Shown here: positions 59,700 to 64,000 of the stretch, piece by piece
Layout of the letters: the number at the start of each line of letters is the position of its first letter
Position numbering within the stretch: position 1 is the first letter of the stretch
Assembly: GCA_018499965.2 (NCBI GenBank)
Contig: JAHBAS020000017.1
Coordinates: forward strand, 10,087 to 74,086
Direction of reading: 5' to 3'
DNA length: 64,000 nt
DNA from: Candidatus Uhrbacteria bacterium
GTDB taxonomy: Bacteria; Patescibacteriota; Patescibacteriia; 2-12-FULL-60-25
The notes under the pieces: generated by a model
What the model was told of the DNA's origin: nothing
What the model saw: only the letters and a program-made list of their open reading frames with translations
Databases searched by the model: none
Translations under genes and position numbers: made by a program

Positions 59700-62291
59700 A
59701 TGCCACGACGACGCATTCGCCGACGGTTGTTTCCGCGCGCCCTGATGCGGTTCACCGCCATCATCATAACGTTAATGCTCTGTATTCCGATGTCGTTTGT
59801 CGATCAGGCATGGAACGCCCATGCCCAAGAAGCGCCGAACATCATCATCGAAGAAATCGCCTGGGCAGGATCAAACTTTTCGATCGCAGATGAATGGATC
59901 GAGCTCGCTAATCTCGGAAATGCGACTGCGACAATCGGAGGATATGCGCTTCACGATGTTGTGGATCCGGATCGCATCATCACGATCCCGGATGGTGCAG
60001 AGATTCCGCCGTTCGGAACCTATCTCATTGCAAATTACGCGGAGACAGATATGAAGTCTGCGCTCATGACGCCCGTTCAACTCGTCACTACCAGCGTGAG
60101 CCTTTCGAATAGCAAACTCGGACTCGAGCTGCGTAACGCTTTAGGCACGCCAATCGATCGCGCAGGAAACGGCGAAACACCAAGTGCAGGATCATCGGGA
60201 TCATTCGCTTCGATGATTCGAACGAACGCAACATCAAGCGGTGATCAGGCCGATAGCTGGATCGCGGCAACGACATCTTCAAACTGGAAGGTGGATATTC
60301 TTAATAAGGGAACGCCGGGTGTATGCGACCTATGTGAGGCCCCCTCGCCCACAGGATCAACAATATCGACGGAAGAAGTATCAGCTTCAGTTAACACATC
60401 GACAGCAAGCGAGATCGTGGCGACGTCAACAGATCCAGTCGCACAAGAAGCAACGTCAACGCCCGCGATGAGTGAGACCGCCATCTCTACCACGACGACA
60501 CCATCCGTCACGGAGATCGTAATACCTCGAGCATATGTAACGTTTAGTGAGATCGTTTCGAATCCACTTTCAGGTAAAGAATGGATCGAACTGCGATTCA
60601 ACGAGGGTATAACGATGACGGATCGGACGCTTCACATTTATGACGCAAAAGGGCGTATCGCGACGATTGCAACGAGCACGCCGCTCACGATCGCTCCGTA
60701 TCTCATCATCTCCCTCTCATCCGCAAAGCTGAATAATGGCGGCGAATCGATTTCCCTTCGGGAGGGAGATACAAACGCCATCATCGAGACGACGTCCGTT
60801 CCGGAACTCGAAAAGGGCCAATCATGGGCAAAACATCCAGAAACGGATTCGTGGAAACAAACGGAAACCATCACCCCGGCCGCAGAGAATATCATCTACA
60901 CGACACCGCCGAAGACGGCATCGTCATCATCCCCTGTTTCAACCGCTCCTATCACGTCAGTCGCGACATCGACATCTACGACACAAACAACTGCGACATC
61001 GAGTACATCCGTTGCAGTAACCCTAACGAATTCGTCTGCGACACGGATCGTCGTGCGACTTTCTGAAACCGTTTCCAATCCAAGTTCCGGACCGGAATGG
61101 GTTGAACTGCTCTTTGCGGACGGAACGACGAGTACGGATCGAGAACTCATCTTAAAGGACGGACAAGGAATAATCGCTCGCATCCCCGCGCGAACGATGC
61201 TCACCGCATCGCCGTATCTTCTTGTCCCGCTCACGAGCGCGCGACTCAACAATAGCGGAGACGCGCTCACACTCGCGGAAACCGATGGCATTGTTTTGGA
61301 TGCCACGGAAATCCCCGCGCTCACCAAAAACGAATCGTGGGCCAAACATCCGTCCGCTCACACGTGGCACGTAACAACCATGCTTACGCCCGGTACGCAG
61401 AATACGTTCGATACGGACATCTCGGATACCGAAATGCAAATGTCGACGAATGAATCCGAGATTTCAAGCGACGCGGTCGACGAAATTATGAGCGCTGCAG
61501 AATCCTTGACGACTGAGACAGTCGCATCATCCAAATCATCATCCTCCAAAAAATCCGATGTCATTACTCCTCATCCTTTCGCCGATATGTTCGATACCTC
61601 GCTGAATAGTTCCCGCGTCCGCGTGAGTGGCACCGTCGGATCCGTGCATCGATTATTCGGGTCATCCCATGTATTCGTCCTCCTTGCGGAAGACGGCCGT
61701 GGACTGCTCGTTTACCTCCCCAAACATCTCAATGTCCCGCCTATGGGTTCAAGCGTGCAGGTGAATGGAACGCTCTCTTCTACCTATCAAGGACCGGAGC
61801 TTCGCATGAAAACCACGGATGTCTGGATGACGGTCCCGACCTCAACACCGCCAACGCCACGCATCGTCGATCTTCTCGCCCCAGGAAGCGAAGATGCCTG
61901 GAGCCTCGTGACGATCGAGGGAACCGTGCAAACCGTGACTGCATCCGCGCTCACGATCGAAACCGCCGATGGCATCGTCGTGACCACATCCGTGCCATCT
62001 GCTGCGAACGTGCGAACGAAGCGCTTCCAAAAAGACGACCGCATGCAAATCACCGCCCTCCTGAATATCCGCAAAGAAACCCCAACCGTCGTGATCCGAT
62101 CTCCGGATGACATCACGCTTCTCTCGCATGCCGAGGGCACGGTCACGCTCCCGTCCGCACAAAAATCCAACGGTTTACCGGATTGGATTCCGTTCGTCGC
62201 TGCAGGCGGGGCGGTTCTCGCCACCGGAACATCCAAACGCGTTCGGGAATACGTAAAGAAGAAAAAGCTTCAAAAAATGGTTAAACCGTAA
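59700..62291 (+). CDS. Surface protein with three lamin-tail domains, Thr/Ser-rich linkers, an OB-fold-like module and a C-terminal membrane anchor
   Basis: LTD signatures occur three times (IIIEEIAWAGSNFSIADEWIELANLG; VTFSEIVSNPLSGKEWIELRFNEG; VRLSETVSNPSSGPEWVELLFADG). An OB-like segment is VRVSGTVGSVHRLFGSSHVFVLLAEDGRGLLVYLP. The protein ends with a hydrophobic stretch plus the basic tail KRVREYVKKKKLQ. Confidence 0.8.
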   Translation: MPRRRIRRRLFPRALMRFTAIIITLMLCIPMSFVDQAWNAHAQEAPNIIIEEIAWAGSNFSIADEWIELANLGNATATIGGYALHDVVDPDRIITIPDGAEIPPFGTYLIANYAETDMKSALMTPVQLVTTSVSLSNSKLGLELRNALGTPIDRAGNGETPSAGSSGSFASMIRTNATSSGDQADSWIAATTSSNWKVDILNKGTPGVCDLCEAPSPTGSTISTEEVSASVNTSTASEIVATSTDPVAQEATSTPAMSETAISTTTTPSVTEIVIPRAYVTFSEIVSNPLSGKEWIELRFNEGITMTDRTLHIYDAKGRIATIATSTPLTIAPYLIISLSSAKLNNGGESISLREGDTNAIIETTSVPELEKGQSWAKHPETDSWKQTETITPAAENIIYTTPPKTASSSSPVSTAPITSVATSTSTTQTTATSSTSVAVTLTNSSATRIVVRLSETVSNPSSGPEWVELLFADGTTSTDRELILKDGQGIIARIPARTMLTASPYLLVPLTSARLNNSGDALTLAETDGIVLDATEIPALTKNESWAKHPSAHTWHVTTMLTPGTQNTFDTDISDTEMQMSTNESEISSDAVDEIMSAAESLTTETVASSKSSSSKKSDVITPHPFADMFDTSLNSSRVRVSGTVGSVHRLFGSSHVFVLLAEDGRGLLVYLPKHLNVPPMGSSVQVNGTLSSTYQGPELRMKTTDVWMTVPTSTPPTPRIVDLLAPGSEDAWSLVTIEGTVQTVTASALTIETADGIVVTTSVPSAANVRTKRFQKDDRMQITALLNIRKETPTVVIRSPDDITLLSHAEGTVTLPSAQKSNGLPDWIPFVAAGGAVLATGTSKRVREYVKKKKLQKMVKP

Positions 62292-62398
62292 AATTAGTCG
62301 TATATACTTGACAAAAGTAACAAATTGCCCTACCGTCGAGCGTTCTTTCACAACTTTCTGGTTTTACACCCTTGAACAGCAAGGAGTTCGAAAATAAC

Positions 62399-63847
62399 AT
62401 GTTTTCGCTCATTTTGAAGACGGCATTCCTTACGGCAATCTTCGGCCTCGTAACGCGCTATGTCATGCTCTGGCTAAAAACGAAAGGTGAGATCACATGG
62501 CATGAATATGGCATTGGCATGGCGATCATCACAATCGCCCTCGCCCCACTCACCGCATGGATCGGTTGGAAACTCGCCATCTCAAACAACGTGACGTTCA
62601 ACCAATATCTGAACGGATACGAGCAAAACGTCACCTGGGAACGAATCACCTGCCATCGTGACGGCGCATGTCGATACGACTATCAATGCGATCCGTACCA
62701 TGTGCCCGTCCCATACGATTGCAATTGCGACAGCAAAGGAAAAAATTGCAGCACGTGTTGGCGAGACGAAATTCACTACCATCAATGTCCGTACGTTACG
62801 GAAGAGTGGACGTTTACCGTCCGAACGACGCTCGGCGAATACGATATCGCTGAACACGTTTTTCCGGACCATCCGAATCAACATCGATGGCGAGCGTACG
62901 AATCCGTGCCGGACTACGTCATCCAGCAAGCCGGAACAGGTATTCCTCCGTTTTGGACGCAAGCGAAAGCCCGCCTGGACGCCGGAAGACCCGGACCGGT
63001 GACAAAGCGAGGATCGTATCCAAATTACATCCTCGCTTCGGATCTCACGATCCTCAAACAGTACTCAAGCGCCATCGATCGACTCAAGAAACAACGATTG
63101 CTTCCTGATATTTCGACCGGCGTCCATAGCTACTACCTCGCCGAAAAAGTTCACTTCATCGGTTACCAATCGGATCAAAACGAGACATGGCAAAAAACGC
63201 TCATGTACCTCAATGAAGAGATCGGACCAAAACTCTTCGGAGACCTCCATCTCGTCATCGTCGGAGACCAAAGCGTCAACGATAATCCTGATGAATACAG
63301 CCAAGCCCTCAAGGCATACTGGCAAAATCGACACATCTGGGGCGAAAATGCCCTGATGAAGAATGCGATCGTCGTGGTCATTGGCACGCGCGACGGGAAA
63401 ACGATTTCCTGGACGCGAGCCTTCACCGGCATGCCTCTCGGCAACGAGACGATGATCGAAGATCTCAATGCCGTACATAGCGGCACACTCACCCCCGAAT
63501 TCCTGCTCGGAACGCTCCCGGAAAACCTCCAGATCGACCCGAGCAAAAAACCATTCATCGGCGTGAACGATTCCGGCTTCATCAAGCGCACGATTTTCGG
63601 ACTTGATCGATCGGATGCAACATTCCACCGAGTGAGCATGGGAGGTCATAGTCCCACCGGAGGCATAGGCCCAGGATATCTCTATCTCAAGAACGAATTG
63701 CGACCGAATCCATCACAGGAAAACTGGATCCTCTTCTTTGGCATCCTGTTCTCCTCCATCATCTGGGTCATCGCGGCATTCCTCGATTTCGATCCAAAAC
63801 GCATACGCAACTCAGCACGCATGTACGGTTACCAAAATTTCTCATAG
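62399..63847 (+). CDS. Membrane protein with a dense Cys/His cluster, no recognised family
   Basis: Two N-terminal TM segments and one C-terminal. The cluster is TCHRDGACRYDYQCDPYHVPVPYDCNCDSKGKNCSTCWRDEIHYHQCPY. AAGGAG lies 12 nt before the ATG at 62399. The track start (TTG at 62372) is an alternative. Confidence 0.65.
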   Translation: MFSLILKTAFLTAIFGLVTRYVMLWLKTKGEITWHEYGIGMAIITIALAPLTAWIGWKLAISNNVTFNQYLNGYEQNVTWERITCHRDGACRYDYQCDPYHVPVPYDCNCDSKGKNCSTCWRDEIHYHQCPYVTEEWTFTVRTTLGEYDIAEHVFPDHPNQHRWRAYESVPDYVIQQAGTGIPPFWTQAKARLDAGRPGPVTKRGSYPNYILASDLTILKQYSSAIDRLKKQRLLPDISTGVHSYYLAEKVHFIGYQSDQNETWQKTLMYLNEEIGPKLFGDLHLVIVGDQSVNDNPDEYSQALKAYWQNRHIWGENALMKNAIVVVIGTRDGKTISWTRAFTGMPLGNETMIEDLNAVHSGTLTPEFLLGTLPENLQIDPSKKPFIGVNDSGFIKRTIFGLDRSDATFHRVSMGGHSPTGGIGPGYLYLKNELRPNPSQENWILFFGILFSSIIWVIAAFLDFDPKRIRNSARMYGYQNFS

Positions 63848-63860
63848 AAAGGAACGTGTC

Positions 63861-64000
63861 ATGAAACTCTCACCCGGACTCATCGTTCTCATCTCCATCG
63901 TCGCCGCACTGGCCCTCGGCTCCTGCAGCGTCTTCAGCTACATCAATTCCGTTCGTGACGATGCCATCGAAGGACAGCAAGGCGTCGTAGCCATCTACAA
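63861..64000 (+). CDS. Lipoprotein, possibly LemA-like (5' partial; runs off the window)
   Basis: The ATG lies 13 nt after the previous stop. A signal peptide with lipobox is present (LISIVAALALGSC). The first residues after it, SYINSVRDDAIEGQQG, loosely resemble the LemA N-terminus. Confidence 0.4.
   Translation, partial: MKLSPGLIVLISIVAALALGSCSVFSYINSVRDDAIEGQQGVVAIY

Overview
This 64-kb window looks like a chromosomal segment of a reduced-genome, probably uncultivated bacterium. The CPR/Patescibacteria-like placement is my inference from gene content. It rests on a short YidC, a ComEC without a C-terminal metallo-beta-lactamase domain, lamin-tail-domain surface proteins, one giant cysteine-rich ORF and weak Shine-Dalgarno usage. 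The genetic code appears standard and coding density is high. Recognisable housekeeping genes are yidC, nusA, a short smc, rbfA, a DHH/NrnA-like phosphoesterase, clpP, gyrA, ruvC, rpoC, rpoB, ftsK, a RodZ-like gene, one tRNA, a HIT gene, recA, comEC, ugd, leuS, a NUDIX gene, a SIMPL gene and lexA. I saw no rRNA, CRISPR array, transposase, integrase or reverse transcriptase. Five things stand out. (1) An 11.15-kb ORF (3,716 aa, secreted, Cys-rich) sits in an apparent three-gene surface module. (2) A non-core block of about 3 kb lies between rpoB and the RodZ-like/ftsK pair (38.4-41.5 kb). It is made of promoter/terminator-bounded, hairpin-dense, poorly coding transcripts, an octamer tandem repeat with a second dispersed copy, an orphan 344-aa protein and a 54-aa membrane peptide. 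(3) A direct-repeat GAAC-N7-GAAC operator lies in front of both recA and lexA. (4) There are several orphan promoter-to-terminator units that could be small RNAs. (5) The single tRNA has an anomalous anticodon loop. All calls come from reading the sequence and from remembered family motifs. No homology search, RNA covariance search or folding computation was run. Start codons are often uncertain because SD motifs are rare here.
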